From contig CAZJUI010000001.1 of NCBI GenBank assembly GCA_964549185.1, positions 850 to 64,849 of the forward strand: a DNA stretch of 64,000 nt, in the 5' to 3' direction. This document shows positions 9,032-19,581 of this stretch, in pieces (the stretch's first letter is position 1; each line of letters starts with the position of its first letter). The notes beneath the pieces were generated by a model that did not search any database, was not told the origin of the DNA, and saw only the letters and a list, made by a program, of their open reading frames with translations. This DNA comes from Candidatus Woesearchaeota archaeon. GTDB taxonomy: Archaea > Nanobdellota > Nanobdellia > SCGC-AAA011-G17 > JAGVZF01. Both the position numbers and the translations under genes were made by a program.

Positions 9032-9662
9032 ACACTGGACAGAAAGCAATGTTCTTTCTGATTATCATTTAATCTATTATAATTTTTTAAAAAAATTATC
9101 TTCTACTTTACCTCCCTCATCAAAAATATTGGAAGCTGGTTGTGGTTCCGGAAAAGGCATGGCTTGTTTTAAGTCTCATGACATTTATGGTATTGACATC
9201 TCAAAAGAAGCTTTAAATCTATCTAAACAATATGGAAAAATAAAAGAAGGTGATATAATGGATATCCCATTTAAAGATAACACTTTTGATCTAACTTATA
9301 ATTCAGGAGTTATAGAACATTTCGATAATCCGCAAAAAGCTATTGACGAAATGGTAAGAGTAACTAAACCGAATGGCCAGATTATGATAATAGTTCCAAA
9401 TAAATACTGTATTTTCTATCAAATTTACAAAACATTATTCTGGAAAATTGAAGAATCTCCATATTCTTTCTCTAGATTCAAGAAACAACTTGATAATTAT
9501 CCAAATAAAAAATTCTTTGGTTTACATGCATTTATCCCTTTCGCAACATCAAAAACAGAGTTCTTACCGCAAAAGATAAGAGAAAAAATAATAAAGATTG
9601 ATAACATAATCCCATTTAAGCAATATCATGCATACGCCATAGGAGCAATAATAAAAAAATGA
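9009..9662 (+). CDS. Class I SAM-dependent methyltransferase (Methyltransf_11-type), paralog A.
   Basis: The SAM motif I is LEAGCGSGKG. Paralog-shared segments are FDLTYNSGVIEHF and EMVRVTKPNGQIMIIVPN. Its stop overlaps the start of the next GT2 in an ATGA arrangement. Confidence 0.7.
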   Translation: MTHDHWDEHWTESNVLSDYHLIYYNFLKKLSSTLPPSSKILEAGCGSGKGMACFKSHDIYGIDISKEALNLSKQYGKIKEGDIMDIPFKDNTFDLTYNSGVIEHFDNPQKAIDEMVRVTKPNGQIMIIVPNKYCIFYQIYKTLFWKIEESPYSFSRFKKQLDNYPNKKFFGLHAFIPFATSKTEFLPQKIREKIIKIDNIIPFKQYHAYAIGAIIKK

Positions 9663-10366
9663 TATCAATCATAGTTCCGGCATATAATGAACAAGATAAT
9701 GTAAGGGTTTATGATAAAGAATTGATTCCTTATATTAAAGAGTTAAAAAAACCATACGAATTAATAATAGTAGATGATGGAAGTAAAGATAACACTAAAA
9801 TTGAAGCTGAAAAATTATCAAAATCCAATAAAAACATAAGGGTAGTTTCTTATTTTCCAAATGGAGGCATGGGTTGTGCGATAAAAAAGGGGCTTGAAGC
9901 TTCTAAAGGAGATACATTAATAGTCTTAGATTCTGATTTGACTTTTCACCCAAGATTTATCAAAGATTTAATTGATGAGTATGAAAGAACAGATGCTGAC
10001 TGTATTATCGGCTCGCATCTTCTCGCTCAAGATGGATTAAAAAATAAGAATTTTATTAGGGTATTCTTGCATAAGGGCGTTAATACAATCTATTTAATAT
10101 TATTTAATGGGAAAGTTAAAACCATGAGTTCAATTTTTAGGTTGTATAAAGCTTCCAGCTTAAAGGATATGAAGATAGAAAGCAATGGATTTGATATCAA
10201 TGCTGAAATTTTGTTCAAATTGGTTCAGAATAATAAAAGGATAAAGGAAGTTCCTGCAACTCTCGGCACAAGGAGATATGGTGTTTCAAAAATAAATCTT
10301 AAAAAAGAATTTATTAATCATTTAAAGTTAATATCTAAGATAATAAAATGGAAATTATTTGGCTAG
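9659..10366 (+). CDS. GT2 glycosyltransferase, Dol-P sugar synthase-like.
   Basis: ISIIVPAYNEQDNV...LIIVDDGSKDNT. 235 aa with no TM segment. Confidence 0.75.
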   Translation: MISIIVPAYNEQDNVRVYDKELIPYIKELKKPYELIIVDDGSKDNTKIEAEKLSKSNKNIRVVSYFPNGGMGCAIKKGLEASKGDTLIVLDSDLTFHPRFIKDLIDEYERTDADCIIGSHLLAQDGLKNKNFIRVFLHKGVNTIYLILFNGKVKTMSSIFRLYKASSLKDMKIESNGFDINAEILFKLVQNNKRIKEVPATLGTRRYGVSKINLKKEFINHLKLISKIIKWKLFG

Positions 10367-11704
10367 CTTATATACATTTATCAAATTATACTTTTTAATA
10401 AGCTCAAATCCCTCAGGAATGTTTGCGGGATTTGCTCCAATTAGTATAATATCATCATTAAATTTTCTTCTATCATCATTTTCCAAACTAAATTGTAATA
10501 CCAATATTTTATCACTTTTTATTCTTGGTTTGCTTGATATGCTATACTTGCTAAAGGTTTTTGTATCATCCAGGCTGTTTTCATATTCCCAATACCAAAT
10601 AAATTCTGGTTTGTCTGTCCAGGAGAGAGCAGCAAAATTATAGGCCTCAAATGGTGCTGTAATGATATATTCTCTATTAAATTCACTTTTTATCTTATTT
10701 AGATCTTCTATCATTTTGGCATTTGTATTATATCCAAAAAAGGAATTTGTTACTATTATAATTATTATTAATGAAACTATAGTATTTGCAACTAAAAATT
10801 TCTTATTAAACTTTTCATATATCAAAAGCAATATTATTGGGCTAAATGTTAGGAAATATTTTACTGCCTCTCCCCTTATAATAAAGAATAATGAACTTAT
10901 TATAATAAAAATTAACTCTCTTTTGTATTTTTTAAAATCTGTTTTGTATATCAAAAATAAAAATGGAAATATAATAAATGGTAAATACCATAAATAGCTT
11001 TTTACCGTGCTTATCTTAAACGATTGCCCTGCTAATACCAAAGCATTTATTCCAAAATATCTTATCAAAGAATAAAATGGTAATCCAAAGTAATACCAAT
11101 CTAGCAACATCATTGGCAATAATCCTACTCCGGCAGCAAAGCAAAATATAAAAAACTGAATAAAACTCTTATTATAAAAAAAGATTATTATAAAAAATAC
11201 CATCAATAAAAAAATAGGTTGATATATGGCAGCACTTAACCCAAAAAAGAATCCAGACAGTAATAAATAAACATTTTTTTTCTTTTCTTCAGTTTTAATG
11301 AATATTACATATCCCAGTAAAATAAAAAATGCGGCCGGCAATATCGGAGAAACTTGTATGCTCATCATCCAAGATAGAGGTGATAACATCCAGATTAACA
11401 AGGCCTTTTTACTTTTAGTATATTTATACAATAAAAAGCCTATCAGGAATAGCCATATTGAATTAACTAGCTTTAACATAAAAAAACTTTTATCTATTTT
11501 TAAGAATAAACTAAGTATGTAAGGATAAACTAAAGAATGCGTAGTGTAAACTTTAAGATTATGAATCCCGCTCAATTCCTTAGCTACTGTAATATATTCA
11601 GCCGTATCATGAAATAAAATGCTTTTTGAAAAAGAATCAAATAGTATGATAGCTAATAAAAACATTAAAAGTAATACTAATCCTTTTTTATTGCTGTTCT
11701 CCAT
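10355..11704 (-). CDS. Polytopic membrane protein with a C-terminal soluble domain, putative GT-C-fold glycosyltransferase.
   Basis: 449 aa. About ten to eleven hydrophobic helices are followed by a roughly 130-aa hydrophilic tail. It is convergent with the MTase/GT2 pair. Confidence 0.4.
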   Translation of the reverse strand: MENSNKKGLVLLLMFLLAIILFDSFSKSILFHDTAEYITVAKELSGIHNLKVYTTHSLVYPYILSLFLKIDKSFFMLKLVNSIWLFLIGFLLYKYTKSKKALLIWMLSPLSWMMSIQVSPILPAAFFILLGYVIFIKTEEKKKNVYLLLSGFFFGLSAAIYQPIFLLMVFFIIIFFYNKSFIQFFIFCFAAGVGLLPMMLLDWYYFGLPFYSLIRYFGINALVLAGQSFKISTVKSYLWYLPFIIFPFLFLIYKTDFKKYKRELIFIIISSLFFIIRGEAVKYFLTFSPIILLLIYEKFNKKFLVANTIVSLIIIIIVTNSFFGYNTNAKMIEDLNKIKSEFNREYIITAPFEAYNFAALSWTDKPEFIWYWEYENSLDDTKTFSKYSISSKPRIKSDKILVLQFSLENDDRRKFNDDIILIGANPANIPEGFELIKKYNLINVYKLAK

Positions 11705-11767
11705 GGTCTAATAATAAATAGGAAGATATTTAAACGATTCGATACTTATTCGATTGGGGTTTATAAA

Positions 11768-14374
11768 GTGAGTGACGAACTAACAGTAAGAAAAGAAAAG
11801 GTTTTAAATAAAATAATTAAGAGCAAAAACATACTGATCTATTTGGGAGTTATATTAATTGCTTGGTTCGGCTATTATATAAGAACAAGGAATCTTTGGC
11901 TTCTTAATGGATATCTTGCCGATCCAGATGCCCATGTTTTCGCTAGATATGCTAAGTTTATAGTAGAAAACGGACATTTCATGTCTAATGATCCTCTACG
12001 TTATTTCCCGTTAGGATTTGATCCTCGTCCGGAATTTGGTTTTTTTTCATATATAATAGCATATTCTTACAAGATATTTCATGTATTCTCATCAATGTCT
12101 TTTGAAAAGTTTGATGTCATGCTTCCAGCAATATTTTTCATATTTGTGATTATTGTCTTTTTCTTTTTAGTAAAAAAAATATTTGATTATCGAGTAGCAT
12201 TATTAGCTTCATTATTTTTAACCATACTTCCGGCATTTTTATTCAGAACACTCTCAGGAGTTACAGATAAAGAATCTTTCGCTGTTTTACTGATGTTCTT
12301 AGCACTATTGCTTTATGTATGGGCACTTAAAACAGAAAAAATAAAATCTGCATTAATTCTAGCCATACTATCTGGGCTGGTAACAGGGTTAACTTCATTA
12401 ACCTGGGGAGGTGTTGTTTATATATTAATAACAATTGGTGGTTATGCTTTAATAGAACTCTTGCTAGGGAAATTTTCAAGGCGTGAATTCTTCATATATT
12501 TCTTATGGTTTATTTTTGCTGCAATTATAATGATAGCCATCGGCAGATATACAATTAATTCCATGATAGCCTCTTCAACAACATTGGTAATGATGTTTGC
12601 GTTTTTCTTTTCTATAGTAAATTTCTTATTCATTGATAAAAATCTATTAAAATTTAAGGAAAGATTTAAAATAAATGTTCCAGATAGCATTAAATCACTA
12701 ATATTATCTGTAATATTATTAATTATAATAACCTCTATAATTCATGATGTTAGTTTTATCCCAGATAAGATATCTGGAGTGGTAAAAAATATTAACAATC
12801 CATTAAACAATAGATGGGCGCAGACAGTTGCAGAATCTCATCAACCATATATTACAAGTTGGCCAGGTCAATTTGGTGGGGAAAGAATAGGTTGGTGGTT
12901 AATTTGGTTTACAATAATCGGATCAATAGTTTTAGTATACAAGGGAGTTTCTCCGTTAAAGAAAAGCAGAATTAAACTAACAATAGCTTATGCAATATTT
13001 ATTATATTTTTTGTTTTCAGCAGATATTCTCCCAGCTCAAAGCTTAATGGAGATAATAGCTTATCTCATTTCCTATTCTATGGAAGCATTATATTCTTAA
13101 TAGGAACTTCTATCTATCTATACCTTCGTGCGTATTATAAAGATCCAGAGGAATTTGAATCTATTCAAAAGATAGATAAAACATTAAATTTTATCATTGT
13201 ATTCTTTTTAATTGGTATCATAGGTGCAAGGACTGCTGTTAGATTAATCTTCACCTTCGCTCCTTTAGTAGCCATCCTAGTTTCATTTTTAGCTTTCGAA
13301 ACAATAGATTTCTTTTCAAAAAATAAAAAACCAATATACAAAATATCTAGTTATGCAATAGTTTTATTTGTAATGTTGATTTTTGTAATAAGTTTATCAA
13401 AAAGTATAACCGCCCAGGCAAAATATGCTGGTCCTATTTATAATCAGCAATGGCAAGCGGCAGGTGAATGGACGAAAACAAACACTCCAAAAAGTTCTGT
13501 ATTCGCTCACTGGTGGGATTATGGTTATTTGGTTCAAACAGGTTTTGAAAGAGCAACAGTAACAGATGGTGGAAATTCTATTGGTCCTTGGAACTATTAT
13601 ATGGGAAGACATGTTCTAACAGCTCAAAATCTAACCGAGCCTCTTCCATTTTTAAAATCTCATAATGTGACTCATTTACTAATAGTTTCAGATGAAATAG
13701 GAAAATATCCTGCATTCTCTGCAATTGGTTCAGATACAAACTATGATCGTTATTCCTGGATTGGTGTTTACTCTCTTGATCAAAGTCAAACTCAACAAAC
13801 AAGAAATCAAACAATCTACTTATACAGAGGTGGTATAAATTTCGATGAAGACATGACTATTAATGGACAATTTTTCGCAAGAAATGCAGCCGGAGTTGCT
13901 GGATTCTTCATTCCAATTCAAACAGATGGAAATAACACTTCCTTTGGTCAGCCTTCAGCCGTCGTCATAAACAATAATCAAAGAGTTGATATCCCATTGG
14001 AATGTATCTATCTTTCAGAACAAGAAATAATATTCCCTTCGTCTCAAGACTCATTAAAAGGATGTCTAAGATTTATTCCAACGATAAATGATCAAGGTCA
14101 AGTTAATCCTATAGGGGCAGCAATCTATCTATCGCCAAGAGTAAGAAGAACTTTGTTTGCCCACCTTTACATTTATGGAGAAAAATCAGATATCTTTAAG
14201 CTTGCATATTCTGATGAAAACCAAGTTCCATTAGCAGTCTATCAAGGCAGAATTATCGGTCCAATAAAAATATGGGAAGTTAACTATCCTCCTGGAGTCA
14301 AAACAGATCCGATCTATCTATCTCAAACATATCCAAATCCTGAAGTTACATTGGTCAATCCAAGTTATAGTTGA
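11768..14374 (+). CDS. aglB: Archaeal oligosaccharyltransferase AglB (STT3 family).
   Basis: 868 aa. A large multi-TM N-terminal domain is followed by a soluble C-terminal domain. The diagnostic WWDYGY motif is present as VFAHWWDYGYLVQ. GTG start. Confidence 0.85.
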   Translation: MSDELTVRKEKVLNKIIKSKNILIYLGVILIAWFGYYIRTRNLWLLNGYLADPDAHVFARYAKFIVENGHFMSNDPLRYFPLGFDPRPEFGFFSYIIAYSYKIFHVFSSMSFEKFDVMLPAIFFIFVIIVFFFLVKKIFDYRVALLASLFLTILPAFLFRTLSGVTDKESFAVLLMFLALLLYVWALKTEKIKSALILAILSGLVTGLTSLTWGGVVYILITIGGYALIELLLGKFSRREFFIYFLWFIFAAIIMIAIGRYTINSMIASSTTLVMMFAFFFSIVNFLFIDKNLLKFKERFKINVPDSIKSLILSVILLIIITSIIHDVSFIPDKISGVVKNINNPLNNRWAQTVAESHQPYITSWPGQFGGERIGWWLIWFTIIGSIVLVYKGVSPLKKSRIKLTIAYAIFIIFFVFSRYSPSSKLNGDNSLSHFLFYGSIIFLIGTSIYLYLRAYYKDPEEFESIQKIDKTLNFIIVFFLIGIIGARTAVRLIFTFAPLVAILVSFLAFETIDFFSKNKKPIYKISSYAIVLFVMLIFVISLSKSITAQAKYAGPIYNQQWQAAGEWTKTNTPKSSVFAHWWDYGYLVQTGFERATVTDGGNSIGPWNYYMGRHVLTAQNLTEPLPFLKSHNVTHLLIVSDEIGKYPAFSAIGSDTNYDRYSWIGVYSLDQSQTQQTRNQTIYLYRGGINFDEDMTINGQFFARNAAGVAGFFIPIQTDGNNTSFGQPSAVVINNNQRVDIPLECIYLSEQEIIFPSSQDSLKGCLRFIPTINDQGQVNPIGAAIYLSPRVRRTLFAHLYIYGEKSDIFKLAYSDENQVPLAVYQGRIIGPIKIWEVNYPPGVKTDPIYLSQTYPNPEVTLVNPSYS

Positions 14375-14413
14375 TTCGAAACATTTTTAATAATATTGTA
14401 TTAAACTCTTTTT

Positions 14414-15400
14414 ATGATACTTCAAATAATTATATTCTCTGTAATAAGTTTTCTAGTTACATTAATTATGCTACCAAAGCTTATCCGTTATCTAACAAAA
14501 ATTAATTTAGTTGTCAAAGATCAAAATAAAGAAAATCTTCCATTAATCCCTATTTCAGGTGGGATGGCTGTATTGGCTGGGATATCTGCAAGTTTATTAT
14601 TAACTGTTTTTCTGGAAACATTTTACAATAATGGAAGTCAAGAAAGAATTATCTTAATATTTGCAGCCCTATCTACAATTTTAATAATAACCTTTATAGG
14701 ATTTATAGATGATTTAATAATAAAAACCTCAAGAGAAAGTTCATCTGGGTTAAAGCAATGGCAAAAGCCATTACTAACGCTTCCAGCAACAATTCCGTTA
14801 ATCGTGGCTAATGCAGGAGTCACAATTATAGCTATTCCATTTTACAAAGCAATTGATGTTGGCTTAATCTATCCATTAATTTTGGTCCCTATAGGTATCA
14901 TAGGAGCAGCAAACATGGTTAATCTACTTGCTGGATTTAATGGTTCAGAAGCAGGCATGGGTTTAGTTTACACAGGAATGCTAGGACTATATGCTTTAGT
15001 AAATAACAGAGATTTGGCAGCAATTCTCGCATTTTCAACATTTGCAGCATTGCTTGCCTTTTTCATATTTAACAAATATCCTTCAAAAATATTTCCAGGT
15101 GATTCATTAACTTATTTATTGGGTGCTGTTATTGCAACCATAGCCATTATCGGGAATATAGAAAAGGCAGCTTTAATCGCCTCAACTCCTTTTTTTATAG
15201 AATTTATCCTAAAAGCAAGAGGCAAGTTTAAAGCACAAAGTTATGGTTTCTATAAGGATGGAAAAGTTCAATCAAAATATAGTAAAATTTATTCTATTCC
15301 CCATATATTAACGAGAACAGGAAAATATACAGAAAAGCAAGTTACTTTGTTTATGATCGTTATAGAATTATTCTTTTCAAGTTTGATATGGATACTTTAA
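14414..15400 (+). CDS. Polyprenyl/dolichyl-phosphate HexNAc-1-phosphate transferase (GPT/MraY/WecA superfamily, AglH-like).
   Basis: Multi-TM protein. It has IGFIDDLI (the DDxxD-like Mg site) and NMVNLLAGFNGSEAG (the NxxNxxDGxDGL-type motif). Confidence 0.7.
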   Translation: MILQIIIFSVISFLVTLIMLPKLIRYLTKINLVVKDQNKENLPLIPISGGMAVLAGISASLLLTVFLETFYNNGSQERIILIFAALSTILIITFIGFIDDLIIKTSRESSSGLKQWQKPLLTLPATIPLIVANAGVTIIAIPFYKAIDVGLIYPLILVPIGIIGAANMVNLLAGFNGSEAGMGLVYTGMLGLYALVNNRDLAAILAFSTFAALLAFFIFNKYPSKIFPGDSLTYLLGAVIATIAIIGNIEKAALIASTPFFIEFILKARGKFKAQSYGFYKDGKVQSKYSKIYSIPHILTRTGKYTEKQVTLFMIVIELFFSSLIWIL

Positions 15401-15401
15401 A

Positions 15402-16682
15402 ATGTACAGAAAAATAAAAAATTATATATCATCAAAAGATTTTATTAAAGATAACCTTATTTTATTTATAGCTTCTTTTATAATGAACATCCTTGGTTAT
15501 CTTTATCATTTTTCAATGGGAAGAACCCTCGGTCCAGTACAGTATGGAATTCTTGGTTCTTTATTTTCCATAATCTACATAATTACAATTCCCATTAATA
15601 CTATCCAGACAACAATAGCAAATTTTACAGCAAGGTTTAAGGTAAATAATGAAAAAGATAAAATTAATTATTTGATACGTTCATCTTTAAAGAAAATATC
15701 TATCTATAGTTTAGTAGTTATAATAATCGCAGTAATAATAACTCCATTTATTCAAGATTTTCTCCATATCTCTAACAAATATTATCTATATTTGGTTTAC
15801 GTTTTCTTTATTTTCGCTATGATCATCCCAATTTCAAGAGGGGTTTTCCAGGGTTTGCAAAACTTTAAACAACTTGGACTATCAATGATCCTTGAAGGAT
15901 TTTTCAAACTATTTCCAGCTCTCGTTCTTGTATATTTGGGGTTTGGAATAGTTGGGGCAATAGTAGCTGTAATTATCTCATATTTAATACCAATTTTAGT
16001 TTCAACATTTCAGCTTAAAGATATTATTAAAACAGAAAAAAAGAAGTTTGAATCAAAAGAGGTTTACAAATATACTGTTCCTGTAATGTTAATGCTTTTG
16101 TTCACAACATTATACTATAGTATGGATATCTTATTGGTAAAACATTTTTTTTCAGAGCATGATGCAGGTTATTATGCTGCAATCTCATTGTTGGGTAAAA
16201 TAATATTTTTCGGTTCATTATCTATCGTAATGGTAATGTTTCCAAAAGTTTCTGAAAATTATTACAATAAAAAACCACATAAAAGAATACTTTACAAATC
16301 ATTGGGAGCCGTGGCTTTATTTGGCTTTGCGGTTTCACTATTTTACTTCTTATTTTCAGATTTAACAGTAAAGGTGGTTTTTGGGGATAAATATGCTCCC
16401 ATAGCTGGTTTAATTGGTATTTTTGGCTTAATGACTACCTTTATTTCATTAAGTTATTTAATCGCATATTATAATATCTCAATAAACAAGATAAGATTTT
16501 TAATAATCTTGTTTGTGTTTGACATATTAGAAATACTCTTAATATGGTTCTTCCATAATAGCTTAGCTACAGTGATATACATATTATTATTCATGATGAT
16601 TACATTATTTATTATCTTATTTACATTATTTTATATATCAAAAGAGCGTTATCATAAACCCAGAGTAGTTAGCAAAATTTAA
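15402..16682 (+). CDS. Oligosaccharide flippase (MOP/Wzx-like polysaccharide biosynthesis protein).
   Basis: 426 aa with about 12 predicted helices. Its start lies 2 nt after the GPT gene stop, and it is co-oriented with aglB. Confidence 0.5.
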   Translation: MYRKIKNYISSKDFIKDNLILFIASFIMNILGYLYHFSMGRTLGPVQYGILGSLFSIIYIITIPINTIQTTIANFTARFKVNNEKDKINYLIRSSLKKISIYSLVVIIIAVIITPFIQDFLHISNKYYLYLVYVFFIFAMIIPISRGVFQGLQNFKQLGLSMILEGFFKLFPALVLVYLGFGIVGAIVAVIISYLIPILVSTFQLKDIIKTEKKKFESKEVYKYTVPVMLMLLFTTLYYSMDILLVKHFFSEHDAGYYAAISLLGKIIFFGSLSIVMVMFPKVSENYYNKKPHKRILYKSLGAVALFGFAVSLFYFLFSDLTVKVVFGDKYAPIAGLIGIFGLMTTFISLSYLIAYYNISINKIRFLIILFVFDILEILLIWFFHNSLATVIYILLFMMITLFIILFTLFYISKERYHKPRVVSKI

Positions 16683-16684
16683 AT

Positions 16685-18028
16685 ATGTCCTCAACTAAAC
16701 GATTGTTAAGAAAAATGAAGGTAAGTCTTGTTTTCCCTAGAATGAAATACCAAACTGGAGATCCTCCTCTAGGTATGGGTTTATTGGCTGCCAATTTAAG
16801 AAAAAACGGATTTGAAGTAGAAATCATAGACACAACATTCCATCAATCTCTTGATTATGTTAAAGAGAGGCTAACTAAGTTTAATCCTGACTGGGTTGCT
16901 ATTTATTCAGATACGATGATGTATAATGATTGCTTAAAAATCTCTGTAATGGCTAAAGAAATGGGTAAAAAGGTTATCATGGGCGGACCCCATGCAACAT
17001 TAAAACCAGAGACTTTAGTTGATCATGCTGATTACTTGGTTCAAGGAGAGGCAGAAGTTACAATAATAGATGTAATCAATGGGAAATTTAATGGTACGAA
17101 GATAGTAAAGGGAGTTCCTGCAGATATAGAAACTTTACCAATGGCAACATATGATTTACTTGAAATGAAAGAATACATCAAAAGATGGCATCTACTCGAT
17201 AGTATCAATCCTGATCTTCATGGTACAAGCATGTTTTCAGCTCGTGGTTGTTCTTTCAGATGTACCTTTTGCCAACCAGTATTAGATAAATTATTTGGTA
17301 GAATGTTTAGAACAAGAAGTGTTGAAAGTATTATTCAAGAACTTAAATATCTAAAAGAAAATGTCGGTATTAAAGCCTTTTTCTTCCAAGATGATACATT
17401 TACATTAAAAAAGATATGGATACGAGAATTCTGTAAAAGAATGATAGATGAAAAATTAGACTTATTATGGGGCTGTAATTCCCGTATTGATCTAATAGAT
17501 GAGGAGATAATGCGCACAATGTATAATGCTGGTTTAAGAGTCATGCACATGGGTCTTGAATCTGGAAGTCAAAGAGTTTTAGATGAAATATATCATAAAG
17601 ATATTAAATTAGAAGGAATTCCTGAAAAAATAGCCTTAGCAGAAAAAATTGGTATTCATTGTTTATGCTTCTTTATGTTAGGTGCTCCTGGTGAAACAAG
17701 GGAAGAAATAGAAAAAACAATTAAATTTGCTACCTCTCTTGATGCTACTGAAATAACAGCAACAATTGCAACGCCTTTACCTGGAACTTATTTATATGAT
17801 GCAATTAAAGATAAATATAAGATTACTACAGATTTTGACAATTTTGATTATTACAAAAATAGTGCTTTTGAAAATCCTGATGTAAACTTCAAAGAACTTA
17901 AATGGCTACAAAAAAAATTGTTATTTAGATTTTATACTCATCCAAAAAGGTGGGGATATATCGGAAAGCATCTTACACATCCAAGTGGATATGGAAAAAT
18001 GGTAAAGAAAATTGCTAGATTCTTATAA
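16685..18028 (+). CDS. B12-binding radical SAM protein, paralog 2.
   Basis: N-terminal B12-binding fold. The CxxxCxxC triad is GCSFRCTFC. 447 aa. Confidence 0.8.
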   Translation: MSSTKRLLRKMKVSLVFPRMKYQTGDPPLGMGLLAANLRKNGFEVEIIDTTFHQSLDYVKERLTKFNPDWVAIYSDTMMYNDCLKISVMAKEMGKKVIMGGPHATLKPETLVDHADYLVQGEAEVTIIDVINGKFNGTKIVKGVPADIETLPMATYDLLEMKEYIKRWHLLDSINPDLHGTSMFSARGCSFRCTFCQPVLDKLFGRMFRTRSVESIIQELKYLKENVGIKAFFFQDDTFTLKKIWIREFCKRMIDEKLDLLWGCNSRIDLIDEEIMRTMYNAGLRVMHMGLESGSQRVLDEIYHKDIKLEGIPEKIALAEKIGIHCLCFFMLGAPGETREEIEKTIKFATSLDATEITATIATPLPGTYLYDAIKDKYKITTDFDNFDYYKNSAFENPDVNFKELKWLQKKLLFRFYTHPKRWGYIGKHLTHPSGYGKMVKKIARFL

Positions 18029-19483
18029 TTATCTAATAAACAACCAACTATTGCTTAACACCCAAGGCACTGTAAATATCATATTAGATGTTATCATTAT
18101 TAAAAATATTTGCTTCGCTAAATCTTTATTCACATAATTTAATAATATATAAGCACTTAAAATTCCATAGATAAACGCAGCTGGAGAAAATAAATCCCAG
18201 CCCAACTTCTCTTGATATTCTATATTTAATGTTATTGTAAACAAGAAAAAGAAGCTAAACATTATCAATAAAAACATAATCACATTATCTTTAAAGTTAA
18301 TTTTTTTCCTATGGGTTAAAAACAATAAAGCAAACAGCAATAAACCCATCCCTGCAGCTAATATATTTTCATTAAAAGAATAAATGAAATGATCAAAAGA
18401 TATCATTTTATATTTTTCCCATGGTGATTTATATTCAAACAAGGGTAAAAACATTATTCCATCTCCCCCGCCAAACGTATTTCCCACTTTTACCTTTTCT
18501 ATATCAGTAACATGAATCCCAAAACTTGTATACAAATTGAATTCTATATAAACAAAAAATAGTACTGTTAAAATAATAAAAGGAGCTATAAACCTAATAA
18601 ATCTCATATTAAATATTCCTTTAAAAAAATTCTTAATATTTAATTTCTTAATTCCAGAATCTACAAAATATAAGTATAATAAAGATGGTAATATCCAAAA
18701 TGCAGCTAAATGGCTCCAAAAAGATAACCACATAGCCATTGTAGGATATATCAATTTAGTATTTTTCTTAAGATAATAGATAGAAACCAAGATGTATAAA
18801 AACATTGTAAATGCTAATCTAGAAGTTCCCTCCCACCATCCAAAGAAAAACTCTATTGTTCCCATACTTCCTATAAACATAAACACAAAAAATCTTTCTA
18901 TTTTGTCTTTTCCTAATAAATTAGATAATAAGAATAATAGGATGATAAAGAAAAATCCAATAATATTCACAAAAAAACCAGTTGATTTAACTGGTTCCCA
19001 TCCGATTATGGGGCTCGTTACTTTGTAAAATAAATAATCGCTATAAGAGCTTATTGGTGAACTCATAAAAAACCTAGATGCTGGTATTGTAAATGCCTCT
19101 TTAGGTAAAATACCTGCATCTCCCAAACCGTAATTAACTATCTGAAATAAAAAGAATATTATAAAAAACGTAAAAGCAACTAAGATATATCCTTTTACGT
19201 TTATTTTTGCAAATAAACTATTAATAATCTTGCTATTTTCCAATCCGATTAATATCTTTTTCTGAATCTTGGGAATTGCAATAATAATTAATATTATTAA
19301 GCCAATTAATGTCCATAAAAATTCTATCCAAGCTGGAATTGTTAAATTCAAAAAGCCCCAAATCAAATAATTAAATTTACTAATCCCGAAAATATTCAAT
19401 AAGGTTCCAATTAACTTAATCAAAACGATTATAATTGCTATTATTAATACACTATTTTTTAACTTACTCATGTTCCTTCCCAC
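18029..19483 (-). CDS. Polytopic membrane protein, possible GT-C or polymerase-like.
   Basis: 484 aa with many hydrophobic helices and no recognised motif. Confidence 0.35.
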   Translation of the reverse strand: MGRNMSKLKNSVLIIAIIIVLIKLIGTLLNIFGISKFNYLIWGFLNLTIPAWIEFLWTLIGLIILIIIAIPKIQKKILIGLENSKIINSLFAKINVKGYILVAFTFFIIFFLFQIVNYGLGDAGILPKEAFTIPASRFFMSSPISSYSDYLFYKVTSPIIGWEPVKSTGFFVNIIGFFFIILLFLLSNLLGKDKIERFFVFMFIGSMGTIEFFFGWWEGTSRLAFTMFLYILVSIYYLKKNTKLIYPTMAMWLSFWSHLAAFWILPSLLYLYFVDSGIKKLNIKNFFKGIFNMRFIRFIAPFIILTVLFFVYIEFNLYTSFGIHVTDIEKVKVGNTFGGGDGIMFLPLFEYKSPWEKYKMISFDHFIYSFNENILAAGMGLLLFALLFLTHRKKINFKDNVIMFLLIMFSFFFLFTITLNIEYQEKLGWDLFSPAAFIYGILSAYILLNYVNKDLAKQIFLIMITSNMIFTVPWVLSNSWLFIR

Positions 19484-19581
19484 TTAAAAAGAAAATATAA
19501 AACAATATCAAGCATATTGCTAATACAAACAATCCACTTTCATAATTCAAATTCCAATATTTTATTATATAATTTGTTAAA

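Noticed and set aside
12442-13814. Three minus-strand ORFs (12442..12690, 13397..13612, 13578..13814) within aglB
   Set aside because: They are antisense to the AglB coding region, which carries the diagnostic WWDYGY motif.
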